A stretch of DNA of 64,000 nt from Marsupella aquatica (taxonomy: Eukaryota > Plantae > Marchantiophyta): assembly GCA_973895155.1 (NCBI GenBank), contig OZ316893.1, positions 18,478,757 to 18,542,756 of the forward strand, written 5' to 3'. The translations under genes were made by a program, and so were the position numbers. The notes beneath the pieces were generated by a model, which worked only from the letters and a program-made list of their open reading frames with translations, was not told the DNA's origin and searched no databases. Positions 47,648 to 59,145 of the stretch are shown here, piece by piece; within the stretch, counting starts at the first letter, position 1; every line of letters starts with the position of its first letter.

Positions 47648-49662
47648 CATGTAGCAGCCCATTGAACGTTGGGTGCAAGAGCGATTGGGGCGCGTGGACT
47701 TCCTTGATGCAAATTTTCTGGGCCCCGATCAAGCTCATGCTGAGCATCGAGTTCCCTCTTCCAATTATATTTGGCTCAGGGGTTTAGGATTCAAGAGAAA
47801 CTACAAGCGGGCGAGGGCGGGAGTCGATGATGACTGTCAATCACAGAGCTAAAGGTGTTCCAATCGCAAGCACTTAGGTTATTTTGGAGTGCATCCCTAC
47901 GGCGATTAGGTTTCTAGGCAGCGAGATTTAAGCTAGCGCCCAGCGCTGCTAAAGCTTGATGCTTTCCATCTCCTTTTTTCAGTACTGAATGTTTTGTTAG
48001 GATTTGGTAATCTGGGTAATATGTTTTCGCCCATTTTGATAGGAAATGCTTTTTGGATCGACCCATTTTCCTCTCCATAGCATTATACATGGAAGGGAGG
48101 GATTTATAGTTTTAAGCTAGCGTTGGGCGCTACTTATACTCATTGCTTTCCGTCGCCCATGTAATCTCGGTGATATATTTTTGCCCATTTTTGAAGTAAA
48201 TAAATTTTGGATCGGCTCAATCTCCAATGTCTGGTTTTTCTCTCGATGGCGTTAAACATGGATTTCGGGATTTTGAGGTTTAAGCTAGAAACAAGATCCA
48301 GATATTGTTGTTGTATGACCCTGCCTCTATTGATTTGAATTGACTCATTTTCAGCCGCTCATTGTCTTCTCGATTGAGGTTACGTATATTTTTGTTGACT
48401 TTTTCCTTCTTCTATGAAACCCTACAACCTTTCCATTCGCTTCATTGATACCAGCGCTGGGCGCTGGTAATCATCGCAAATTTGGGTCGGACTACCCGAT
48501 GGGATATTTCCTCCAAAATGAGACGGTTTTAATGAAAATGACTCAAATGGGCTTTAATTTTGATTGTTTGTAATCCTTTTTTTGGTCCGATGTTTTCAGT
48601 TTTTACCTCCAATTTTCCTGGTAACAGTAACTGTTTCCTGTTACTGTTCCTGGTTCCTGTCTTTTCTAAATACCCCTTTGTAGATGAGCCACAATCATCG
48701 TCGATTCCAGTTGTAGATCGAACTGTATCTGGAACGAAACCATGCTCTCGGGTCCTGATGTAAGCCGCAGATGGACTTTGCTCGTCACCGCTTTGGGGAA
48801 ACACGCTAGGAACGGTGGTGTTATGGAAATCTACAGGCCAAGTTCTTTCTGTTTCCTCATTTCATCCTCCCGAGTTGGACTATGGGGAGGAGGTGGCCAG
48901 TGAACAGTAAACCTTTCCGCAAACCTCCTTGGCGGAGAATCCCTCATCCACGGGATCAGCGTTTCACCAGGACTAATCGCTTTGTCTTGTGGAAGGTTGA
49001 AGCGGTTGCGGAAGGCACTTGTTTTCGACCATTCGGGCTGTTCAGTCATGGGAACCGAACTCTCTTCCGAAATGATTGTAGTGTGTCTTTGAAAGTAGGC
49101 CGCAGAGATTCTCCTTGGATTATCCATGGCAGGTCAGCGAAAGAGCTCGAACACAATCGAAAGTGGGAAAGCACTATAAGACAATAATGGCGGATCACCC
49201 AGAGAGCAGATGCAATATTGGGCATTCAAGACTTAATTGCTCAAACATTATAGGGATTAGGGTGTAACCTCATGGCGACCTGAACCGCTCGCTCCATCCG
49301 AAAACGGCCGTTGCATCCTCAAACTCCCGTTATGGTCTAAAACGGCCGTCTCAACATCAAACGGGCATTTTCACCTCACATGACCATTGTGACAGACCAG
49401 ACAAAAGATTAACGGGAAAATTCGACTGACATCATCCAGAAAGTACGAGAGTACCAATGTACCAGCGTCATGACCGTCATACAATTATAGTAGCGCCAGG
49501 CGCTACTATAACAGAAAGTGTACTTTGAGTGAACACACCATGGTTGCAACTGACATATAATATCTTTTATTGTACAACATTTCTTGTATACATTTGGGTA
49601 GCGCCCAGCGCTAGCATAGTTCCACTATAAAATACACCCAAAATACACAACAGAGATCCAAG

Positions 49663-52600
49663 TTAATCTGAGCACTCCGATTCACTTGATTTGGACTTGT
49701 CGGTAGATTCTTCCTTGATGTCTAAAAATTTGCTCTTGGCCATATCATCCACAAATCGGTTCCGCATAAATTTTTTATTAGACCCCCTCCTCAATCTCAA
49801 GCCTTTATTCTCCCAGTGCACTATCGACTCTTCTAGCAACATTTTCAGCATAGGAAGGTAAGACAAATGGTTTCTCGGGAGTTTCAATATATCGCCTAGC
49901 TACTTTCCGTCTGAGTTGGAAACGCCGGCAAAGATTCCAGTCTGACCTGAGGAGGAGAATATTGGATTTTATGTCAACGGCCACAATATTTGCCAAAAAG
50001 GAAATAAAAAATGTGACATCAAAGAGAGAAGAAGGGAATCGACCGTAATAAAAAACCGAGTTAGCTTATGAGCTTACTCGATAGTTTCTTACTCATAAGA
50101 GTCTCCGCTGTCACTCCCTCCATTAGATTCTGGATCTTCTCCGGTTAGAGACACTTTGGGAATGTTGGGATCCTCCTCTTCTTCTTCCCCCTGTTCTGCT
50201 TCATTCTCATCTTTGGGGTCAAAATTTAATATTGATTTAAGTTTGTCTCTCTTTCTTTTTGCAAGCACAGGCTTCGGAGGGGCTTTGGACTCAAATACTT
50301 TGGGAGTTAGAGGGTCAAGAAATATTTTTGAAGCGGTTTCAACGAACTCCTTCCTATTCTCGAGCCCAATTACAAATCGACCACAATTATCACCTACCAC
50401 AAATGTACTCCCAGAACCTACAGCCCAATCCAGAACAATATCTCTGGGACACGTGATTGGTTCCAGAATAGACTGCATAAACCCTGGATGTAGTCTGGCA
50501 TTCCCGGAAAATTCAAGCTCGGGAGTTGTATCCACCTTCGCAAATGGAAGTCCGATCAGATTTGTGATAGAGGGATCCTCTGTTCTTGAAAGAGGTTTGA
50601 ACTTAGGATCCTTTGGGACTTTCACCTTGGATGATACCCGACAAAATATATCCAAACGTAAAGTGAATACCTGAAAAGGGAACATCAACAAGTAAGGACC
50701 TAAGAATTGTAATAGCGTCGGGCGCTAGCAAAGAATGAAGAGCATGATTAGTAGTGTACCTAGGAAAAGATTAAAATTTCTAATCGAGCACCAGATAATT
50801 TGAGCAGTGCTTGGCGCTAGCAAAACTTTGAAATTGTGATCAATAGATTTACCTGTAAATCAGACTTGGCCTTGTACATGGGGAACCCCATGACAACATT
50901 ATGTGTACACAAACACTGGAATTTCTTAGACTCTTGACATGCTGAGATGACCTGTGAAATCTGATCATACTCCCCCGTATGGAGTATCGCAATAATTCTG
51001 TCATTCAACAAAAAGGGATCCATTGCCCGGAAAAAACATCGGGCTAGCATACAGTCGGGAACGTTCCAAATTGGGGACCTTCCTATCAAGCAAAGTTGGT
51101 TTTAGCCCAGTTGGCAAATAAATAAAACCAATGTCAATACCAAAAGGCCTTTCTTTCCCACCCCTCACCACCCCTTCCAATCGGCATCCAGATTTGATTG
51201 AGTCCTTCCCCCACTTTTCGGCATCATTAACCCATTATGGCTTCTCCTCCTTGTTAAACACACTGTCCACTAATTCACTGACACTGGTCTCAACAAAACA
51301 ATGACGAGATGCCTTGGATTTAAAATTCCCAACATCACGTTGGAGCCCGGTGGCCGCTAGAGAATCCCTTTTTGATTGCCCAGCATCGCGAGTCCTCCTG
51401 CTTTTCTTCTTCATACTCGTTGCATCGACTTGTACAACTGATTTTCCAGAATTAACTGGTGTAAGTGGATCTGACACAGCGCCAGTATTTGCTTTTGAAG
51501 CTTCTGGGGTAACCTTCGTATCATCAGTGGCGTCTGCATCCGACTTCTTTTGACCTATTCACACAATGCAGAGAATGTGGGATTAGTGTCAGAAAGGAAA
51601 AACGGATTAAGGTTGAAGTATGGGAATAGTAGCGCCAGGCGCTAGCAAAGAACTAAACTGGGTTTGAATGAAAACGTATGTTTCTTCCTGGATAGCATTG
51701 ATGCACTTGGCAGTGCTGTGTCTACTTTCACTTTCCCTCTTGGCTTGCGGCTCCTGTCTACATGAACAACTACTGTCTCGCAGATTGTTTGTAACTCAGT
51801 AGATGATTTGTCGACGTCGCTCAAGAGCCCTTGCTTCATCTCAAAAACTATGTTGGGTAGAATCTGCAACTTGGCTAGTTTGAGAAACCAATCCTTCTCC
51901 ACTTCGTCAAATGGTGAATCCCACTTGTCTGTGTCAAGGTACCACGGGCAGTGAATTCTTTCCCACTCGGACATTTTCCATGGTGGTAGTTTACCCTCGG
52001 CAGGATACATTGAATGCAAGTCAGCAACATGATCTCCCTCCTTTGCAACAATCCACTTGTGAAATGCAGCTGGATACGCCCAAAGCGCATCCGGGGAATG
52101 TACTTCCATCCATATGTAAAAATGATACAAATACCTCTTGGCCCTCTTCTGATTTTTCTCTGTATATACCTCTTTATTAGGGTATTTTGATGGCCACATG
52201 GTGTTGAAGAACTTTGCCTTCACAAGATCCCCATACCTTCTGAACTCACTTGAAATAATTTCAATCAGACCCTCTATTGAGTCACACCCTGAATGGGCAA
52301 GCCTATCAACTTGGAGTGTTTCAATGGCTGCAAAAATTGCAGATTGCAACATCCCAATTGCGATTCCCTTGACGGTATTCCAGGTTTGCCATCTGTGACA
52401 CCACTAGCTGCTTCACTGGATCATCATTCACATTGGCAGGGTGGAAGAATTGTTTTCTCAACACAGGAGTACAGTGAGCAACGAGCAAAGTGCATCTCAA
52501 TTTTGGATCGAGAGCAGAAACTACTGTGAATAGTCTAGCACAGTCCATAGTACAAACAACCGAATTGGGTTTTTTCTCTCGCTTGTTCTTCTCTGTCAAT

Positions 52601-53716
52601 ACGTACATCTCTGCACAAGTACCTAGAAAATCTTCAAACTCAGGACTAAGAAGAGGAGTATTTTGGATGTTTTTGTAGACCAGTCTTTGGTGGCCTCTTT
52701 CAACATGAGTGACTGCCGCTTTGCGACCTCATCAGCCAACCAAGGATTGCCTTGACTTTCTGCCAATGCCATGTCCATCTTGAACTGGTTAGTGTAAGCT
52801 TTGAAATTTTTTTTCGCACAAAATATAAACAAGAGCTTCCAAGAGGCATTTTCCGTGTGTACCAAGAATGTTTTTGAGTCTTCTATTTGATATACTCAAA
52901 CTTTGCATAATTGGCGCTGTCAATTATTGACTTATAGTACTCTAGATCGTGAGAGAGAATCCTTTGGATTCTGTCTACGTCAAGGATCCACGACGGTTCA
53001 ACAATGGCCTGCCCTAACCTGCAATAGGCCATGTTTGAAATTAGTAGCGCCAGGCGCTAGCATAAAAACAAACACTCTCTTTAGTATTTATTTAACAACA
53101 ACGGGTTGCGGAAATCTTTAATTACAAGTTTGGGCTGAATTACTTACTGGTTGACTGTGTGCATAGCCGCCTCAATCTAAATTTGCGAAGCTTTATCACC
53201 CTTGAAAATGGTGCAGAGAACTTTGGGATGATACTTGACATTGTCTGGATTTTCCTTTGTGACCATAGTCCATGAGTAAAGTCGGTGATTCCCATCAAAG
53301 ACTAAGAACATTTTGTCTTTCAAGATCGTACAAGTTGGATGCCTTGCATTCTAACTCAAATTTCTTGTTCTCAGCAACCCAAATAGCATCCCAAGTCTCC
53401 CTGATCAGGACAGTGCATATTTTCTCCACACCATCGGAATCGGTCGGTTGCACAAAAAATTGCATTCCAATCCTTGGATTGTAGCCACTACTTTGGAATG
53501 AGTCTTTCAATTTCTCATTGACGCACTCTCCTTCTGAAGCGTCCGCACTACCTCCATGTGGATCAACCGACAAAGCGGAATCCTGGGCGGTTCCTTCTCG
53601 TTTCCCCGAAAATCTTTTCCAAATGACATTATGTGTCGCGAGATGACTTCATCCATCCCTAATCCAACCTCGTTGCCCTCTCCCAGCGCATAATCGGTCA
53701 TGCTATCCGTGTCCAT
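49663..53716 (-). pseudogene. Spliced ParB/Srx-like + beta-class N6A/N4C DNA-methyltransferase-like gene
   Basis: VFDGNHRL at 53296-53279 (DGNHRL), preceded by RIPLCRL..VVR..LKDSF..GY. IDIGFIYLPTG (motif IV position) at 51138-51106. HPGFMQSILEPITCPRDIVLDWAVGSGST..GRFVIGLE (motifs X, I, II). GT-AG introns at 53147-53019 and 50852-50671. Several frameshifts and stops. Confidence 0.7.
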
Positions 53717-54798
53717 TCGGACCCTTCTGGACTTCTAGAGTGGTAGTGTTGCGTTCAAGGAAGTGATTGCTCCGCTCGACCTTGTAACTCGACGCGAGTA
53801 AAATGCCCAGAGAACGAAGATTGTGTAGACTTGCAATGACCGTGATCTCCCTCTGGAACTGTGCTATACCCTCTTGGAGAGCTTGGGGCGCTTGAAGGTT
53901 GCATTGTGGAGCATGTCAATACGTGAAGGTCTCTGTACGGCACAAAGCCAGTCTCTACCCTCACGCTCCAAAAAAATTACCATACACAAAGAACTACATA
54001 AAACCTTTAAAACTTTTCCATCATAGTGCGGTTGACATCATGTGACGGAGAACGACGAGGATTGAAAGAATCTCACTGACCAATCCAAACAAAGACAGAT
54101 GGCAGGGATTGTTTGAAATGAGTAGAATTAAAGTCTATTTTCAAGTCATCTGTGGATGCAGCGATCAACGGGAGTGTATCGTTAAACAATCCAACGGAAA
54201 ACAACACAAAGTAAGGAATTTGTTCATACATGTTACCGTTAGATGTAACCATTGGGCAAACCAAAGTCATCTCCATCAATACTAGCGCCCGACGCTAGTA
54301 TCCCAAAACTATTAAAAATACTCTCATACATGACAATGACACGGAGGAGATTATGTCAGCGCCGGGCGCTAGCTATGTATACCCCTTGTATTTTCCCAAG
54401 AAGTAACGATTCCAAAACAAAATGAAACTTTATTGATTTTTCAGCAATTCCATCAAATTCAATAAAATATTTCGCTTTGACTTGACAGTCCGCTAATGAT
54501 AGCGCCTGGCGCTAGCACGTTCAGTCTGGTTTCTAAGTTGAAATCCGAGTACTTCTTTATGGTAGCGTCGGGCGCTAATAATTATCTGATCGCGTTTTTT
54601 ACACGTTACCGGTAAGTAGTGTCGTTGGCAAAATGACAAACTACATTTATGTGTCTGCATCTAACGACTAGTACCCATTTTGTCGTTTACAAACAATAAT
54701 CTTCTGAGGTTTGTAATGAGTTTACTTAACTTAAGTCGAGTAATGTTCTCCTATTTTCTCAGTTCCTTTGTTTGTCAAATTAAGATCATTCTCCCGCA

Positions 54799-57700
54799 AT
54801 GTCTAATTCAGTCGTGCTTCTTCATCCTGATATTGGGGAGATTGTATGCATCCCTGTAGGTTCATCCGACACGTACAAACAGGTTAGTGAGAACTATCTT
54901 TGTGGAAGATTTGACGTTGCCATCAACGACATCCATTCCATCAAACCTGACCATGCATCTGGAGAGGAGACAGATCATGCACTGTTTGATATCGATGATG
55001 GAGTCAGATTTTGGCACCTCAACGTTGGAAAGAGATACATTATCAATCTTCGACAACATTCCGTTCTGAATGAAATACATCCGGTTCCATTCATTGACCT
55101 TTCCAAGAGTGATGAGGAGGAGGTAGCCGTAGATTTGTAGACATCGGCCAATCCAGGGCCTTCTATCAAGATAGAAGGTCACTCTCCTTCCGAGCCAAAC
55201 ATTTTGGGGGGTGTTGTGTATCGTCAAAGCGCGATGGATGCCATTCTCAAATCAATTGGCCATAGTGAATTGTCGCGGTTCATCCAAACAAGTGATTTTA
55301 GGCATGAGCAGGTGAATTGTCTACCAAGTAAATATAATGGAAATGTTGTGCTTGAATTGCCTCCCACAGAAGGTCTGCTATCAAAAGGTTCGAGGCTTCG
55401 TGACATGGATTGGCCTAAAGACTGCTACTTCTGGACACGGATATTTCCAACTTCTGCGAATGTCCAACCTAAAAAGTTTTGGGAATTTGGTAAAGTGACG
55501 TGTACCGGTGCACTCGAATGTCAAAATCAGAAGTGTGATTATCTGTTGCGGAAGAAAAGAAGAAATTCAAAAGCTTGGGATGGGACACCCAAATTTGCGG
55601 GGCCACATACCGTGGGAAAGATTATTGAGGAGGGTGGGGTAGTTTGTCACTACTGCCAACAATTGCCCTTTTGTATTGAAGCTTGTCCAACAATGCTTTT
55701 TTATATGTACCCGCAATTACTTCTCGGCGCGGATACATGTAAACATATGTCGCGTCTTGCTGTGCATGTCGGAACTCATGCGCATCCCAATCGTAAAGTT
55801 TTTTCTTGTGGTGCGGAAAAGATTGCTCATGAGTTCATAAAGAAGCAACATGAAGCTACACCGTGTGCCACACCATCGGGTATGAAGAATGCCATAACTG
55901 GATCTTTAAGGAAGGCTCTTTGTGTGTCCAACAATGACATCGGAGAATCAGAGGAAAGAGAAATTTGGGAGTCGTTAATGGTTGTTCCGACCCCTCAAAA
56001 GTTTGCATCTCTTTTTTGGAGTGTTCGGCAAGACCAAAAAGGTAAAGGTGAGTTAGAGTTTCTTGTGGAAATGCAGAAATGCATAAACTTTCCCTTTCTA
56101 CAACGTTACATGCTCCCAGGTCAAGGCTGTAAGGAGGAGAGGCCGCATATTTTCAAAATGATGGTAAAAGGGCACGGATCTGGGGTTGATTTGTTGCGCC
56201 AAATGCAACCTGGAGGTCGACTAGAAGGCGCGTGGGTTAGTTTTGATGTGATGAGGAGAATGACCAAGGATTGGATAACTTTTAGCACTCACGTTTATGA
56301 TCACAATTACCGTGCTCTTTGCACAATCTTCACATGTGAGTTGAAAGCTGAAGATTCTGAGTCGTTAGAAAAAGCCTGGAAATTGATGATTGAGGTTTGC
56401 CATGAAAATGGGTTAGACAACGTAGTAATCCATGGACAATGCTCAAGCTGGATGGAATGCTATTCGGAACGTGTTTTTTGGTGGACATCCTAACCCAGAA
56501 AAGGAGCGATTGGATGCGTTTCACTTCTATCAATCGTTTCATCATCATTCAATTGAAGGAGTATTGGAAGAAAAACGAGAAGAGCACTGGAAGATGTGGG
56601 ACTCTTTAAGGAACGCGTCAACATTTCTTGGAGCCTACAAAATTTCCAGGGAAATTGACGTGTGGTGGAGATCAGGGAATTGTGTTCCAAGAAAGCTTCG
56701 GATGGTCCAAGGTTGGCTTGTGTGGTGGGTGGTCCGATGGCGTCAATGGGGAAATTTCATTCGTTTGGTGAGTTTCAACATCCATAAACAAGTAAACACT
56801 CAAAATCAACATTTTAAAAGAAGGAATCAAACAAAGTCATACTAGCGCTTGGCGCTATCATTATTTCCAATGACTTTTGTGTCCTAGTTCCACTCCAATA
56901 TTTGCCCGATTTTTTATACTAGCGCTCGGCGCTAGTTTTTATTAACCACTTGTTACTCGTATTTGTCCATATTCTAGGGTGAATGGTGGTAGCGCTAGGC
57001 GCTGGCATTGATTAATCCCGAAAACCTTACAAAATGATTTGGTTCAAACGTTTCTTTATTGAATGCAGTGACTAAGTCATATTTCCTAAACTGTGCTCCA
57101 AATGTTTTCTGCAGAACAAAAGCGTAGAGGAAAGCGCTATGATTCCTAAGTGTACTACTTCAGAGGCGGCACATTCCATAATGAAGGCTTGACAAACTAA
57201 GAAAAAGGCTGGTCTATTTGAAGCATGTGAGATGGATCAAAATAGGGCTCTTTCACAAGTTGTTGCGTATACGGCATATAAGAGAGGTCTTAACCGAGGA
57301 ACCGGACCTACAATTTGGGAATTGGCATTCCGTTTGGCAGACCAGGCAGGTTCTTCAAAACTTTTCCAAGATGCTTCCAATATGCTTCTTTCCGGTGCGG
57401 CTGAATTTGACCTCGAAAGGAGTGGCCCTCTCAATGGGGATGTTACCACAAAGTCTATGAAGAGGAAAGGTCAAGCCTCTGGGAACATCTCGGCACAAGA
57501 CTCCCATCGGCATGACACTATTCTTGTAACATCACCAAATACTCGAGGCATGAAAAGGAAAAACTTAAACAAGACTGAATTCTCCCCCATTGCATTGGGT
57601 CCTGTTCACCATGACATTGGCGTTGTGGACCTGTCAGAAAGTGAAATTGAAGAAGGCATTCATTGGAGTACTCCGCCCTGGAGGAGGTCAACAAGGTTGT

Positions 57701-58632
57701 CTGCAGCCCCGCAAAGTGCACCTCCCAACCTCCAAAAGGTTGTCCATGACTCAACTGTGTTGGAGACAGATGTGCGACCAGGGGCGTGGCACCTACAAAG
57801 AGTGACGAGACATGGTGCAGGGCCTCAGTGTAATGGATCTCTTGGTGGAAAATCGGATCAAGATGACTGTCGCAATCGTCTGAAAAAGGTTGGTTACCCA
57901 TCAACGGATGGTGTAGTTGGCATTGTTGTCAAAGAATATCGCGTGTTTAGGGGAGAACCACACCCTGAGATGATTTGGTTTTGTCCCAACAGTGCATGCT
58001 ATAAGAGCCAGCCCCGTCGTAATGTGGTGAATCTTCCCCCATTTCCTCATAGCCTGCCCGTTTTGAAAGGAACTAATCTTTCCGAAGCTGAGGTCCAATT
58101 CCTGACTCAGCAAGGGATTGCTATCAATCCAGAGGCCGGACGTCAGGCTGCTCCATCTCCTTTTGACTTGCGAATCAATGTGAACCTTTTCTTGGAGAAA
58201 ATCAATCTCCTTGAGCCAAATATCCGCCTTTGGAGTAGGAATGGTAAAAATACAATCCCACGTTCAAATCTTTCGCAAGGGCACAACAAAAGAATTGAAT
58301 CCGCAAACACGGAGTCGATGACCCTCGTTCAACAATTTGATGTTTCTGTCGGGAACTCTTGGGGCAAACAATTTCAGATCCAAACCCAAGAGAGACTTCG
58401 CACGACAAACACTTATTGGGTACAGATTTGCATTTTCCCATGTTGTTCTTGTGAGGACTTCTATCGTCGCCATTCTCATGGCAGGCCCTTCATGCCGTGC
58501 AAGCATCTCTATTGGGTGTATACCAACTTCCTAAAACTAGATGTGGTGGATTCAACTTTAGCTAGTCAGCCAATTCTTACTGTAGGTGAGGTGAGGCTCA
58601 TTCTAGCTAGGCAGAATTCTCTGGACTTCTAG
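54799..58632 (+). pseudogene. Mutator-like transposase with GCM-like Zn domain and C-terminal SWIM finger
   Basis: CTGALEC..C...CHYC..C...GTHAHP; VSFDV..HVYD..MDNAQAGWNAI..AFHFYQS; TTSEAAHS; CSCEDF..CKHLYWV. Intron 56768-57114 joins in frame. Stops at 55138 and ~57190, frameshift at ~56432. Confidence 0.78.
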
Positions 58633-59145
58633 ACTAGACATTTAGTAACGTTCAACGGCTCCAAACTGATTTGTCGCATTGGAACTTTTCACATCTTTTC
58701 AATGATACCTAATCAGATACTCATTTTCAGTACACATTTTGTTATAACATATGGCTAGCGCCGGGCGCTAGCTTTAGTTTGTCCTGTTCTGAGTGAATCT
58801 TGTTTGATTATGGTCCGAATGCTTTCCAGTACTTATCTTTGCGAACGGAATTTCCATTTGTGATTTTTCCTATATTTGAGTTCTTCTCGTGGGATATAAA
58901 TCTACCCCTTCCAGGTCACACTTCATTGAAGTGTACTTAATTATTTATTTATGAACACCATTCAATCCATTTGGTCTCATCTCAAACCCCTTGGTTTTTT
59001 GTTAGCGCCTAGCACTATTACATAGTACCTTACCGATTCCGATGGTATTTTTAAGATTGGTATTTTTTGAGTGTGCCTCGCCTCAGTAGCCTGTGTATGG
59101 TGGGACCCACATATATGGTGGACAAGTAATATGGTTTACGCACAT

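Larger units (their letters stand above)
47934..59017. repeat. Dispersed 15-bp palindrome TAGCGCYNRGCGCTA, 18 copies (some degenerate)
   Basis: Starts at 47934, 48118, 48452, 49491, 49599, 50713, 50805, 51630, 53045, 54283, 54357, 54500, 54563, 56843, 56920, 56990, 58756 and 59003. Confidence 0.92.

Noticed and set aside
47934-59017. Palindromes as a CRISPR array
   Set aside because: Only 15 bp, irregularly spaced (60-2300 bp), in a eukaryotic intron context, with no cas genes.
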